Shown one piece after another: positions 39,445 to 47,880 of a DNA stretch of 64,000 nt (position 1 is its first letter; the number at the start of each line of letters is the position of its first letter). The DNA is from Acutalibacteraceae bacterium (GTDB lineage Bacteria > Bacillota > Clostridia > Oscillospirales > Acutalibacteraceae). The stretch lies in the NCBI GenBank assembly GCA_036310005.1, contig JAXJSP010000039.1, positions 2,378-66,377 of the forward strand, written 5' to 3'. The notes under the pieces were generated by a model. The model made no database searches and was not told where the DNA came from. It was given only the letters and a program-made list of their open reading frames with translations. A program made the position numbers and the translations under genes.

Positions 39445-41808
39445 ATGAAAAAAACGAGTAGAATAAAAAGCATGGTTTCGATGTTGTCAGCATTAATTTT
39501 AATCTTTTCTATGCTTTCTGTTAATGTATCGGCACTTGAGATTCCTAAAAATGAAGAAGTCCTATTAACTTATCCTGATTTACATGACTCAACGATAGCG
39601 GTAACAGAGGCTTTAGAAAAACATGTAGATACTGATGAATTTAAAAATTATTTATTTGAACAGTTTTCAAACTTTTCAACATCTATAGATATTTCAAAAT
39701 TTGAAATACCAAACACCGACGAAAATATAGAATCAATAAAGAATTTAATATGGCACAATATGCCTGAAGCATTTCAAGTATACGGACTTGGTACAATACC
39801 AAAAAACAACTATATTTCTCAAGTTTTAGTTAGTTATTATGATTGGTGTTCTGCAGATAAATACCCAAGTATGTATTTTGAATTACAAAACACAGCTTCA
39901 GAATTATTACAGGGAATTGAAAATAATGAATCTTTAAATGATGTTGAAAAGGCACTTTTAGTTCACGACCGTTTAGCAGTTTGGAACGAATACGATTATG
40001 AAAATTATTTAAATAATAATATACCTAACGAATCTTATACAGCATACGGAGCGCTTGTAAAAAGAACTTCTGTGTGTGACGGATATACAAAAGCATATAT
40101 ATATCTTTTGAATCGTGTCGGTATTAAGAGTATATATTGTTCATCACAAGAACTTAATCATTCCTGGAATATTGTTTATATTAACGGTATTCCCTATCAT
40201 ACAGATGTGACATTTGATGATAAGGTCTGGGATGTAACAGGCAGAGTTTATCACGAGAACTTATTAGTATCGAGCAATTTGTTCTATGAGCAGAACCATG
40301 CTGCAACCGATTATGACACTACACCTCAAGACAGCAGTTATGATAATTATTATTGGAGAGATTCTAATACAGAGTTCCAGTTAATTGACAATACGCTTTA
40401 TTTCATTAATAATAGCAATTCTACATTAAATAAAATTTCAAACGGAGTAATAACACAATTAAAATCTGTCAGTGACAAGTGGTTAGCAAGTGAATCATCC
40501 TTTTGGAGTGGAAATTTTTCTAAATTAAGTTCTGACGGAAATAAATTGTATTATTCTTTATCTGATGCAATTTATGAATTTGATGTCAGCGACAATACTT
40601 CCGAGGCAAAATATTATCCTGATTTATCTGTCGGTAATTATTTTAGTATCTTCGGATTTACTTATGAAGACGGTTATTTAATATGCGAATTAAATAATTC
40701 GCCCAATTTTACCAAAGACACGAAAAAATTATATCAAGTAAGACAGTTGTACGATAGTCAAGCACCAAAGGTTACGCTTACATCTGTTTCAGTATTATCA
40801 ACGCCTGATAAAACTACATATTACGTAGGCGATTCACTAAACACTTCCGGTTTGAGTTTGAAACTCACATACAGTGACGGTTCGACAAAAGCTGTTACAA
40901 GCGGATATATAACAAGCGGATTCAGTTCAGCTTCGGCAGGAACAAAGACAGTTACTGTATCTTACGGAGGAAAATCGACAACATTTAAAGTAAGTGTTAT
41001 AAAACGAAGCGTTTCAGCGCCGAGTGCTCCGGTACTTTCGAAGAAAACATCTACAACAGTAACCCTTACAAAAGTAACGGGATACGAATACAGCAAAGAC
41101 GGTAAAACATGGCAGTCAAGTAACATATTTAAAAGTTTGAATGCTGATACCACATATTCTTTCTATCAAAGAAAAGCTGAAACCTACACAAGTTACGCAT
41201 CTCAAAAAAGCAGCGTTTTAAGTGTTAAAACTAACCCGAAAGAAACATTAATCAAAGAGAATAATGTCTGGTATTATACTGTTAACGATATAAAAGTCAG
41301 CGAAACAACGCTTTGCAAATACAACGGTACCTGGTATTATGTGAAAAGCGGTAAACTTAGCAAGGATAATACATTAGTCAAGTACAATAATGTTTGGTAT
41401 CACGTTAACGCAGGTAAGTTAGCAAATGATACTACTCTTGTTAAGTACAATAATGTCTGGTATTACGTGAAAAACGGAAAATTAAGCAAAGATAATACAT
41501 TAGTCAAGTATAATAATGTCTGGTATCATGTTAACGCAGGTAAGTTAACGAATGATACTACTCTTGTTAAGTACAATAACACCTGGTACTATGTAAAGAG
41601 CGGCAAACTCAATACTTCTAACACTTTGGTTAAATACAACGGAGTATGGTATCATGTAAAGGGCGGCAAGAAAGTTAATGATACTACCCTTTGCAAGTAT
41701 GGCAGTAAATGGTACTATGTACAAAACGGTAAAGTTAACTTCAAGGCGAACCTGAAATACAAATATAACGGAAAATGGTACACAGTTCGCAACGGAGTTG
41801 TAGTATAA
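39445..41808 (+). CDS. Secreted transglutaminase-like cysteine protease-fold protein with Ig-like, FN3-like and 21-aa repeat domains
   Basis: Signal peptide. Cys-His-Asp core (SVCDGYTKAY, NHSWNIVY, HTDVTFDD). Big-type domain (YYVGDSLNTSGLSLKLTYSDGS). FN3-like SAPSAPVLSKKTSTTVTL. Repeats shared with the CHAP protein. Confidence 0.75.
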   Translation: MKKTSRIKSMVSMLSALILIFSMLSVNVSALEIPKNEEVLLTYPDLHDSTIAVTEALEKHVDTDEFKNYLFEQFSNFSTSIDISKFEIPNTDENIESIKNLIWHNMPEAFQVYGLGTIPKNNYISQVLVSYYDWCSADKYPSMYFELQNTASELLQGIENNESLNDVEKALLVHDRLAVWNEYDYENYLNNNIPNESYTAYGALVKRTSVCDGYTKAYIYLLNRVGIKSIYCSSQELNHSWNIVYINGIPYHTDVTFDDKVWDVTGRVYHENLLVSSNLFYEQNHAATDYDTTPQDSSYDNYYWRDSNTEFQLIDNTLYFINNSNSTLNKISNGVITQLKSVSDKWLASESSFWSGNFSKLSSDGNKLYYSLSDAIYEFDVSDNTSEAKYYPDLSVGNYFSIFGFTYEDGYLICELNNSPNFTKDTKKLYQVRQLYDSQAPKVTLTSVSVLSTPDKTTYYVGDSLNTSGLSLKLTYSDGSTKAVTSGYITSGFSSASAGTKTVTVSYGGKSTTFKVSVIKRSVSAPSAPVLSKKTSTTVTLTKVTGYEYSKDGKTWQSSNIFKSLNADTTYSFYQRKAETYTSYASQKSSVLSVKTNPKETLIKENNVWYYTVNDIKVSETTLCKYNGTWYYVKSGKLSKDNTLVKYNNVWYHVNAGKLANDTTLVKYNNVWYYVKNGKLSKDNTLVKYNNVWYHVNAGKLTNDTTLVKYNNTWYYVKSGKLNTSNTLVKYNGVWYHVKGGKKVNDTTLCKYGSKWYYVQNGKVNFKANLKYKYNGKWYTVRNGVVV

Positions 41809-41838
41809 AATTTATTTATAAAATACCATCACAAAGAT

Positions 41839-41878
41839 GATAAATCGGAAAGGATTTTACCTTTCCGATTTATCTTTA
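41839..41878 (+). terminator. Intrinsic terminator
   Basis: gataaatcggaaagg / cctttccgatttatc arms followed by ttt. Confidence 0.8.
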
Positions 41879-41923
41879 CAGCACCCGATATATAAATTTA
41901 ACAAGTAAATTTAATTATTTATG

Positions 41924-41952
41924 TTGACAAAATCGTTTTATAACTGTATAAT
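41924..41952 (+). promoter_or_regulatory. Consensus sigma-A promoter for tRNA-Arg
   Basis: TTGACA, 17 nt spacer, TATAAT, 19 nt before the tRNA 5' end. Confidence 0.7.
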
Positions 41953-41971
41953 AATATGGCGTCTAAAATTT

Positions 41972-42048
41972 GTCTCGATAGCTCAGCTGGATAGAGCATC
42001 TGCCTTCTAAGCAGAGGGTCGGGGGTTCGAGTCCCTCTCGGGACGCCA
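41972..42048 (+). tRNA. tRNA-Arg (anticodon UCU), encoded CCA
   Basis: Hand-folded cloverleaf: acceptor GTCTCGA/TCGGGAC, D arm GCTC-AGCTGGATA-GAGC, anticodon stem TCTGC/GCAGA with loop CTTCTAA, T arm GGGGG-TTCGAGT-CCCTC. Confidence 0.9.
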
Positions 42049-42084
42049 AAAAATTCCGTCCACTTTCGTGAACGGAATTTTTTA
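42049..42084 (+). terminator. Intrinsic terminator after tRNA-Arg
   Basis: aaattccgt / acggaattt arms with an inner extension, followed by a T-run. Confidence 0.75.
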
Positions 42085-42140
42085 CTTATTCACTATTAAC
42101 TATTCAATCTTCACTAATTTAATGTTCGTGAACGGAATTT
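42065..42140 (+). repeat. 16-bp perfect direct repeat TTCGTGAACGGAATTT (42065-42080 and 42125-42140)
   Basis: Read directly. The first copy is the 3' arm of the tRNA-Arg terminator; the second lies exactly 60 bp downstream. Confidence 0.8.
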
Positions 42141-42260
42141 CAGGTAAGAAGTAAGAGTGAATAGTGAAGGAGTATATTTAAAAAAATTAGTATAACAATA
42201 AACACTGAAATATAAAATAAGTGGAATATTAAGTAATTTGATTTTCGTTACAGAGAGACA

Positions 42261-42294
42261 AAATACCTTGTTTTACAAAACGAGGTATTTTTAT
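42261..42294 (+). terminator. Orphan hairpin plus T-run with no recognisable upstream gene
   Basis: aaataccttgttt / aaacgaggtattt arms (13 bp including one G-U) followed by tttttatc. Confidence 0.5.
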
Positions 42295-42377
42295 CAGTAA
42301 ATATGCATAACTTACAGAGCAATTTATGTGTATTTTCTTATCTTTTAAAAATATTTCAATCATTTTGTAAAAAAAAC

Positions 42378-42406
42378 TTGCTTTTTTGCGCAAAAGGTGA
42401 TAATAT
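42378..42406 (+). promoter_or_regulatory. Sigma-A-like promoter for rpsT
   Basis: TTGCTT, 17 nt spacer, TG-extended TAATAT. Confidence 0.45.
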
Positions 42407-42445
42407 CATTAGGTGACTAAACAACTTATTGAGGGAGGTGGAATT

Positions 42446-42706
42446 ATGCCTAACATTAAATCTGCTAAAAAGCGTGTTCTCGTTGCTGAGGCTAACGCTG
42501 CTCGTAACAAGGCACAGAATTCTGCTCTTAAAACTTCTTTAAAGAAAGCAAATATTGCTATTGAAAGCAATGCTGCAGATAAGACTGAAACTGTAAAGGC
42601 TGCTGTTAAAAGCATTGATATGGCTGCTAAAAAAGGTCTTATCCATAAGAATAATGCAGCAAGAAAGAAATCAGCACTTGTTAAAAAACTTAACGCTGCA
42701 GAATAA
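42446..42706 (+). CDS. rpsT: 30S ribosomal protein S20
   Basis: ORF 42413..42706. ATG 42446 follows gagggaggtg. MPNIKSAKKRVLV is the canonical S20 N-terminus. Confidence 0.95.
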   Translation: MPNIKSAKKRVLVAEANAARNKAQNSALKTSLKKANIAIESNAADKTETVKAAVKSIDMAAKKGLIHKNNAARKKSALVKKLNAAE

Positions 42707-42714
42707 TTTAACTG

Positions 42715-42752
42715 TAAAATTAGACCGTATCTGTCAGATACGGTCTTTTTTA
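42715..42752. terminator. Bidirectional hairpin terminator
   Basis: agaccgtatc / gatacggtct arms followed by a T-run, between convergent rpsT and the lipoprotein gene. Confidence 0.8.
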
Positions 42753-43508
42753 TTTATATTCATATACTACATATCCGCTTAATTGCTCATTTTCGTAGTG
42801 TTCTTCTTTTATCAGTAAATCATTTTCGTATTGATAATCAGATTCATATTCTGTATTTTGTTCTAAATTCAACACATTTTTATATGTGACATTACCGTTT
42901 TTATCATATTCAAAATCTGTTTGTGACACTAAAGTATTGTTGGCATATTTTAACTGTGAAGATACTTTTTCGTTTTTATAGATTAGTTCATATCTGATAT
43001 CCGATACTAATTCATTATTCTGATAATATTTTTCTTCAATTAAATCTTCATTATCATTGTAGTCATAATCGCAATAATAATATTCATTACCGCTTGCATC
43101 AAAATAAATCATTTTGCTTTTCAATTTATCTTTATATTCATAAACAATAGTATAATTATTCTCTGCATCTTCAAATGTCTTTTCTTCTTTGATACACAGT
43201 CCGTTTTCATATTCAAAAGTTAAAGTATATGTTAATTTATTGTTACTATAAACTTTTTCTTCTGCTTTATTACCGCTTTTATCGTACTTATATTCATAAA
43301 CATCCTCATCTGTTGAGTCTTCATAATCTAAAGTTGATTTAATAAGTAAATCATTTTGATACGAATGAGATACTGTATAGTAAAGGTTCTGCCCTACATA
43401 ACAAATTTCTTTTGACACATTTTTTTGATGACTTGAAGTACAAGATACCATTAAAAACAAAAGCATGAAAGATAAAAATAAATTTAAAAATTTCTTCACT
43501 TTAATCAC
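42750..43508 (-). CDS. Lipoprotein with YD/MORN-like short repeats
   Basis: Signal peptide with lipobox LMVSC. Recurrent YEYKYDKSGN, FEYDKNGN and YFDASGNEYY units. Confidence 0.6.
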   Translation of the reverse strand: MIKVKKFLNLFLSFMLLFLMVSCTSSHQKNVSKEICYVGQNLYYTVSHSYQNDLLIKSTLDYEDSTDEDVYEYKYDKSGNKAEEKVYSNNKLTYTLTFEYENGLCIKEEKTFEDAENNYTIVYEYKDKLKSKMIYFDASGNEYYYCDYDYNDNEDLIEEKYYQNNELVSDIRYELIYKNEKVSSQLKYANNTLVSQTDFEYDKNGNVTYKNVLNLEQNTEYESDYQYENDLLIKEEHYENEQLSGYVVYEYK

Positions 43509-43646
43509 TCCCGAATGTCTTTTTGTATTATACTTAATTCTCCGTCTTATGTCAAATCGGCCATTTTGTAATAATTTAGCAAATTATTGTTGTAAAACCA
43601 CAACATATTATGTTATACTTATTAAAAATGTAATAGGAGTGATATT

Positions 43647-44102
43647 ATGAAGTGTCCGTTTTGCGGTTATGAAGAAAGCAAAGTAGTTGATTCACGCCCT
43701 ACTGATGAAGATGAACGCATCAGACGACGCAGAGAATGTTTAAAATGTGCTAAACGCTTTACTACTTATGAAATGATTGAAAGTTTACCGCTGATTGTAA
43801 TTAAAAAAGACAAGTCAAGAGAAGTTTTCGACAGAGATAAACTATTAACCGGTTTAATGCACGCGTGTGAAAAGAGGCCGGTTTCTATTGACCAGCTTGA
43901 CAAGGTGGTAAGTGAAATTGAAACATCGCTTCACAATTCTCTTGACAGAGAAGTATCATCTATTCAAATCGGTGAACTTGCTATGGAAAAATTACGCACT
44001 TTAGACGAGGTTGCATACATCCGCTTTGCATCTGTTTACAGACAGTTTAAAGATGTAAATACATTTATGGAAGAAATTTCACGAATTTTAAGCGAAAAAT
44101 AA
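43647..44102 (+). CDS. nrdR: Transcriptional repressor NrdR
   Basis: [18 protein letters not shown] zinc ribbon plus an ATP-cone domain. Confidence 0.95.
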   Translation: MKCPFCGYEESKVVDSRPTDEDERIRRRRECLKCAKRFTTYEMIESLPLIVIKKDKSREVFDRDKLLTGLMHACEKRPVSIDQLDKVVSEIETSLHNSLDREVSSIQIGELAMEKLRTLDEVAYIRFASVYRQFKDVNTFMEEISRILSEK

Positions 44103-44103
44103 A

Positions 44104-44622
44104 ATGGACAAGTTGCGAACCTGTTGTTTTATCGGACATAGCACTCAGAATTTATCTTTAAGCAATTTAACTGAAAACGATATTTATAATAAAATCAAAA
44201 GCGCTGTTCAAGGCGCAATACAAGATGGTTACCTCAACTTTTTATGCGGCTGTGAACAAGGCGCTGACTTGTTGTTTTCCGAGGCTGTTATTTCAGAAAA
44301 AAAGAATAATAACATTCAATTTATCTGTGTATTATCGAATAAGAATCAAGCCGCTGATTACAACCGCGAAGACAGAGAACAATTTGCAAATTTATTAGAT
44401 GTTGCCGACAGCGTAATATGTTTAAGTGAGGACTGTATAAAAGATTTTACTGCAAAACGCAATCAGCACATAATTAATTTGTCTTCATATTTTATTACTG
44501 CATATAACGGAAGCCGGGGTAAAACTGAAACTGCTGTTAAATACGCTAAAAAAATAGGCATAAAAACTCATAATATTCTTGATATACTCACAAACGATGA
44601 TTCAGGTCAAATATCATTTTAA
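44104..44622 (+). CDS. SLOG-family (DUF1273-like) protein
   Basis: 172 aa. CCFIGHS...FLCGCEQGADLLFSE pattern. Assignment is by family resemblance only. Confidence 0.5.
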   Translation: MDKLRTCCFIGHSTQNLSLSNLTENDIYNKIKSAVQGAIQDGYLNFLCGCEQGADLLFSEAVISEKKNNNIQFICVLSNKNQAADYNREDREQFANLLDVADSVICLSEDCIKDFTAKRNQHIINLSSYFITAYNGSRGKTETAVKYAKKIGIKTHNILDILTNDDSGQISF

Positions 44623-44902
44623 CTAATGCCGACGCACCTTTATAAAGCGTCGGTATATTTTTATCCAAATAGGATAAAATCAGACTTGTCCTGTCTTTTG
44701 TTTCTTTATTTATTACAAATTTTTTATCAAAAACAGAAACTACTGTGTCGTCCTGAATAATATTGACTTCATAAACTGCATCCTTACCGATAAATCCGAC
44801 TTTTCTTGTACCCTTATCGGCAATATATATGCCGCCAACTATTATAATCGGTATTATTAACAGGCATAAACCGTATATTAATATTCTTAAATAAGTTTTC
44901 AT
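44588..44902 (-). CDS. Hypothetical membrane-anchored protein
   Basis: 104 aa with N-terminal TM helix ILIYGLCLLIIPIIIVGGIYI. Its 3' end overlaps the convergent SLOG gene by 35 nt. Confidence 0.45.
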   Translation of the reverse strand: MKTYLRILIYGLCLLIIPIIIVGGIYIADKGTRKVGFIGKDAVYEVNIIQDDTVVSVFDKKFVINKETKDRTSLILSYLDKNIPTLYKGASALVKMIFDLNHRL

Positions 44903-45055
44903 ATTACACTAAAAATAAAATTTATTGCAGGTACAAAAAAAGATGCTATTTCATTATAAAAAAGTATTGACAAGATTACACATGAAATAAAAATGAAAAT
45001 ATATGCAAATCTTTTCAGGATATTTATCACCTCAATAAATTTTATGCTCCTTTTA

Positions 45056-45910
45056 TTAAAGTAATGATAAAATCAACTGTTCATCTACTTTGTTTTGAAC
45101 AGCGCAGTTTATACATTTTGAAATAATTTTAGATGCTCTTTCAATAAGCAAGTCTATTTGTGTGGGAGTTACGACTATGCTTTTCAAGTTTTTAACTTCT
45201 TCATTAAAATCTGTAATACTGCAAACGAGAGTGTTTGCGTCTACAACAGTCGGCACACCTATTGAAATTACGGGAATATTAAGAGTGTCCTTACTGATTT
45301 CTTTTCTGTTATTACCTACCCCTGCGCCCGGAGAAATACCTGTGTCGCACATTTGTATTGTGTTTCCGAGTCTGTCTATATTAATTGCTGCTAAAGCATC
45401 TATAACAATAATTGCTTTAGGTTTTATTTTATTAACAATAGAGTTAATTATTTCAATTGTTTCTATACCTGTTTGGCCAACTACTCCCGGATTTAATACC
45501 GATACCTCTCTTAAATTATTAAGCCCTTCACTTTTTCTTAATTCATCTGCAATATGACGGGTTGCTAAGACTAAATCAGCGGTTTTAGGACCTAATGCAT
45601 CCGCTGTAACGCTTGTGTTTCCGAGTCCTACAACCAATACTTCCCCTTCCGTCGGAAGCAAATTTAAAAGTTCTGATTTAAACACATTATGCAATTCGTC
45701 ATCCAAATTATCAAACTGTGATAATCTGTCCAATTCAAAAGTAATATAAGTACCGATTTTTTTACCGATTATTTTTTCCGCATCAGAATTTTTAATTAAG
45801 ATTTTATTTAAAGTAAAAGAATTATAATTTTCTGTTATTTGCTCGGCGCCATCAATATTTTTACCTAAATTATCTTTTAATTCTACCGCTAAATCAGTTC
45901 TTAAATTCAT
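45056..45910 (-). CDS. gpr: Germination protease (GPR endopeptidase)
   Basis: MNLRTDLAVE N-terminus and 284 aa length are typical of the spore protease GPR. Confidence 0.9.
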   Translation of the reverse strand: MNLRTDLAVELKDNLGKNIDGAEQITENYNSFTLNKILIKNSDAEKIIGKKIGTYITFELDRLSQFDNLDDELHNVFKSELLNLLPTEGEVLVVGLGNTSVTADALGPKTADLVLATRHIADELRKSEGLNNLREVSVLNPGVVGQTGIETIEIINSIVNKIKPKAIIVIDALAAINIDRLGNTIQMCDTGISPGAGVGNNRKEISKDTLNIPVISIGVPTVVDANTLVCSITDFNEEVKNLKSIVVTPTQIDLLIERASKIISKCINCAVQNKVDEQLILSLL

Positions 45911-46037
45911 AATATTCCTCTATAATTTTAAATATTTTATTTATTATTTGAAATATTATAATTTAATATTCCCTTTTTAAATGTTTTGTGTTATACTATG
46001 TTTATATATAATTTTACAAATTAAGGAGATTTAAAAA

Positions 46038-47288
46038 ATGTATTCAGAAGCACTTGACACAATCGGATTTGTCGGCAATTATGACAAAGAAGTTGCAGAT
46101 GCTATGCAACTTGAATTAGAAAGACAAAATGACAACATTGAACTTATCGCATCTGAGAATGTTGTATCACCTGCAGTTTTAGCTGCTATGGGTTCAGTTC
46201 TTACAAATAAATATGCCGAAGGTTATCCGGGACACAGATATTACGGCGGATGTCAATATGTTGACATTGTTGAAAATATTGCAAGAGACAGAGCATGTAA
46301 ATTATTCGGTGCACAACACGCTAATGTTCAGCCTCATTCCGGAGCGCAAGCAAATATTGCGGTTTATACTGCTTTATTAGAGCCGGGCGATACTGTAATG
46401 GGTATGAATTTATCACATGGCGGTCACCTGACACACGGTTCACCTGTTAATATTTCAGGAAAACTTTACAACTTTGTCCCGTACGGTGTAAACGATGACG
46501 GTGTAATTGATTACGATGAAGTAAGAAAAATTGCTTTAGAATGTAAGCCGAAATTAATTGTTGCAGGTGCATCCGCATATCCGAGAACAATTCATTTTGA
46601 CAAGTTTGCAGAAATTGCAAAAGAAGTTAATGCTTTATTTATGGTAGACATGGCTCATATCGCCGGCTTGGTTGCCGCAGGCCTTCATCCTAATCCTGTT
46701 GAGTATGCCGATGTTGTTACTACAACAACCCACAAGACATTAAGAGGTCCGAGAGGCGGTTTAATCTTTTGTAAGGAAGAACTTGCAAAACAAATCGACA
46801 AGGCTATTTTCCCGGGTACCCAAGGCGGTCCTTTAATGCATACTATTGCTGCTAAAGCAGTTTGCTTTGGTGAGGCATTAAGCGATGACTTTAAAAATTA
46901 CCAGAAGAAAATAGTTTCAAACTGTCAAGTTCTTGCAAGCGAACTTAAGAATAACGGAATTAAATTAGTATCAGGCGGTACTGACAATCATTTAATATTA
47001 ATTGATTTAACGGGTACAGGCGTTACAGGTAAGCAACTTGAACACAACCTTGATGAAGTTCATATCACAACAAATAAAAACGCGATTCCTAATGACCCGG
47101 CTTCTCCGTTTATTACTTCAGGTATCAGAGTTGGTACCGCTGCTGTAACTACAAGAGGTTTTGGCGAAAATGAGATGAAAAAGATAGCAGAGTTTATTAC
47201 TAAGGCTACCTTTGATTTTGAAAGCAGCAAAGAATATATTAATAATTCAGTTGCAGAAATTTGCAAACAGTTCCCACTTTATAAATAA
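46038..47288 (+). CDS. glyA: Serine hydroxymethyltransferase
   Basis: [16 protein letters not shown] and the PLP lysine motif [13 protein letters not shown]. Confidence 0.97.
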   Translation: MYSEALDTIGFVGNYDKEVADAMQLELERQNDNIELIASENVVSPAVLAAMGSVLTNKYAEGYPGHRYYGGCQYVDIVENIARDRACKLFGAQHANVQPHSGAQANIAVYTALLEPGDTVMGMNLSHGGHLTHGSPVNISGKLYNFVPYGVNDDGVIDYDEVRKIALECKPKLIVAGASAYPRTIHFDKFAEIAKEVNALFMVDMAHIAGLVAAGLHPNPVEYADVVTTTTHKTLRGPRGGLIFCKEELAKQIDKAIFPGTQGGPLMHTIAAKAVCFGEALSDDFKNYQKKIVSNCQVLASELKNNGIKLVSGGTDNHLILIDLTGTGVTGKQLEHNLDEVHITTNKNAIPNDPASPFITSGIRVGTAAVTTRGFGENEMKKIAEFITKATFDFESSKEYINNSVAEICKQFPLYK

Positions 47289-47305
47289 ATTTTTATTAAT
47301 TAAGA

Positions 47306-47347
47306 AAGCGGTGTAGCCTATAAAACAGGTTACACCGCTTATTTTAT
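47306..47347. terminator. Hairpin terminator after glyA
   Basis: aagcggtgtagcc / ggttacaccgctt arms (one mismatch) followed by attttatt. Confidence 0.75.
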
Positions 47348-47367
47348 TATTACAAATGAAAACAATC

Positions 47368-47766
47368 TTAATTACCTTTTAATCTCTTATGAACTTCACG
47401 AAATTCTAACGGTAATTCTTCTGATGACATATTTCGGACATTTTTCGTTGTACCGTCTTTAAGAGCGTTTATATAATACCATTCCTTAAACTTAAGAGTC
47501 AAAAGAGTTTTATTCAGTTCCTTAATTTCTTCCTCAACCCTTTCCTTTTGAGCAACAATAAGTTGAAGGCGGTCATTAATTGTGCTGTCGCCTAGCATCG
47601 CTAATTCAATAAAACTCTTTATGTCACAAAGTTTCATCCCTGCTTTTTTAAGGCAACCTATAATCTGCAGCCACTCAAAATCTTCCTCTTTAAACATACG
47701 CATTCCACCGCTTGAACGCTCAACAAAAGGAAGCAAACCTTCTTTATCGGAATGGATTAAAAGCAT
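47368..47766 (-). pseudogene. MerR-family regulator lacking the N-terminal half of the HTH (truncated)
   Basis: The ORF opens at LIHSDKEGLLPFVERSSGGMRMF, equivalent to the ...RYYDKxGLL...GYRxF part of MerR. The roughly 20 residues of helix-turn-helix before it are absent. An in-frame stop lies 13 codons upstream, and only about 55 nt separate the ORF from the mutS2 terminator. Confidence 0.5.
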
Positions 47767-47821
47767 AAATAAATAATGTAAAAATATTTTCAGCCGAGAA
47801 TATTACCTGTAAAAACAGAAC

Positions 47822-47852
47822 AAAAGTCCGCTTCAAATTGAAGCGGACTTTT
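47822..47852. terminator. Hairpin terminator after mutS2
   Basis: aagtccgcttca / tgaagcggactt arms flanked by A/T runs. Confidence 0.8.
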
Positions 47853-47880
47853 AATTATTAATAAACGAATTTCAACAAAA

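Noticed and set aside
35349-42048. Genomic island or prophage between tRNA-Gly and tRNA-Arg.
   Set aside because: No integrase, transposase, phage structural gene or tRNA-derived direct repeat is present. The content is rmuC, a phosphoesterase and two wall proteins. Only the small repeats downstream of tRNA-Arg are noted, as a low-interest finding.
42409-42615. 68-aa minus-strand ORF opposite rpsT, and the 97-aa extended rpsT ORF start at 42413.
   Set aside because: The canonical S20 N-terminus MPNIKSAKKR starts at ATG 42446 right after a strong SD. The antisense ORF is a shadow frame.
44899-45021. 40-codon hydrophobic ORF (ILKRFAYIFIFISCVILSILFYNEIASFFVPAINFIFSVI) between gpr and the 104-aa membrane protein gene. 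It follows gaggtg by 6 nt and ends in an ATGA overlap.
   Set aside because: The codon at the SD-appropriate position is ATC (then CTG), and there is no ATG, GTG or TTG in frame nearby. It may be real with a rare start, but I cannot support it from the sequence alone.
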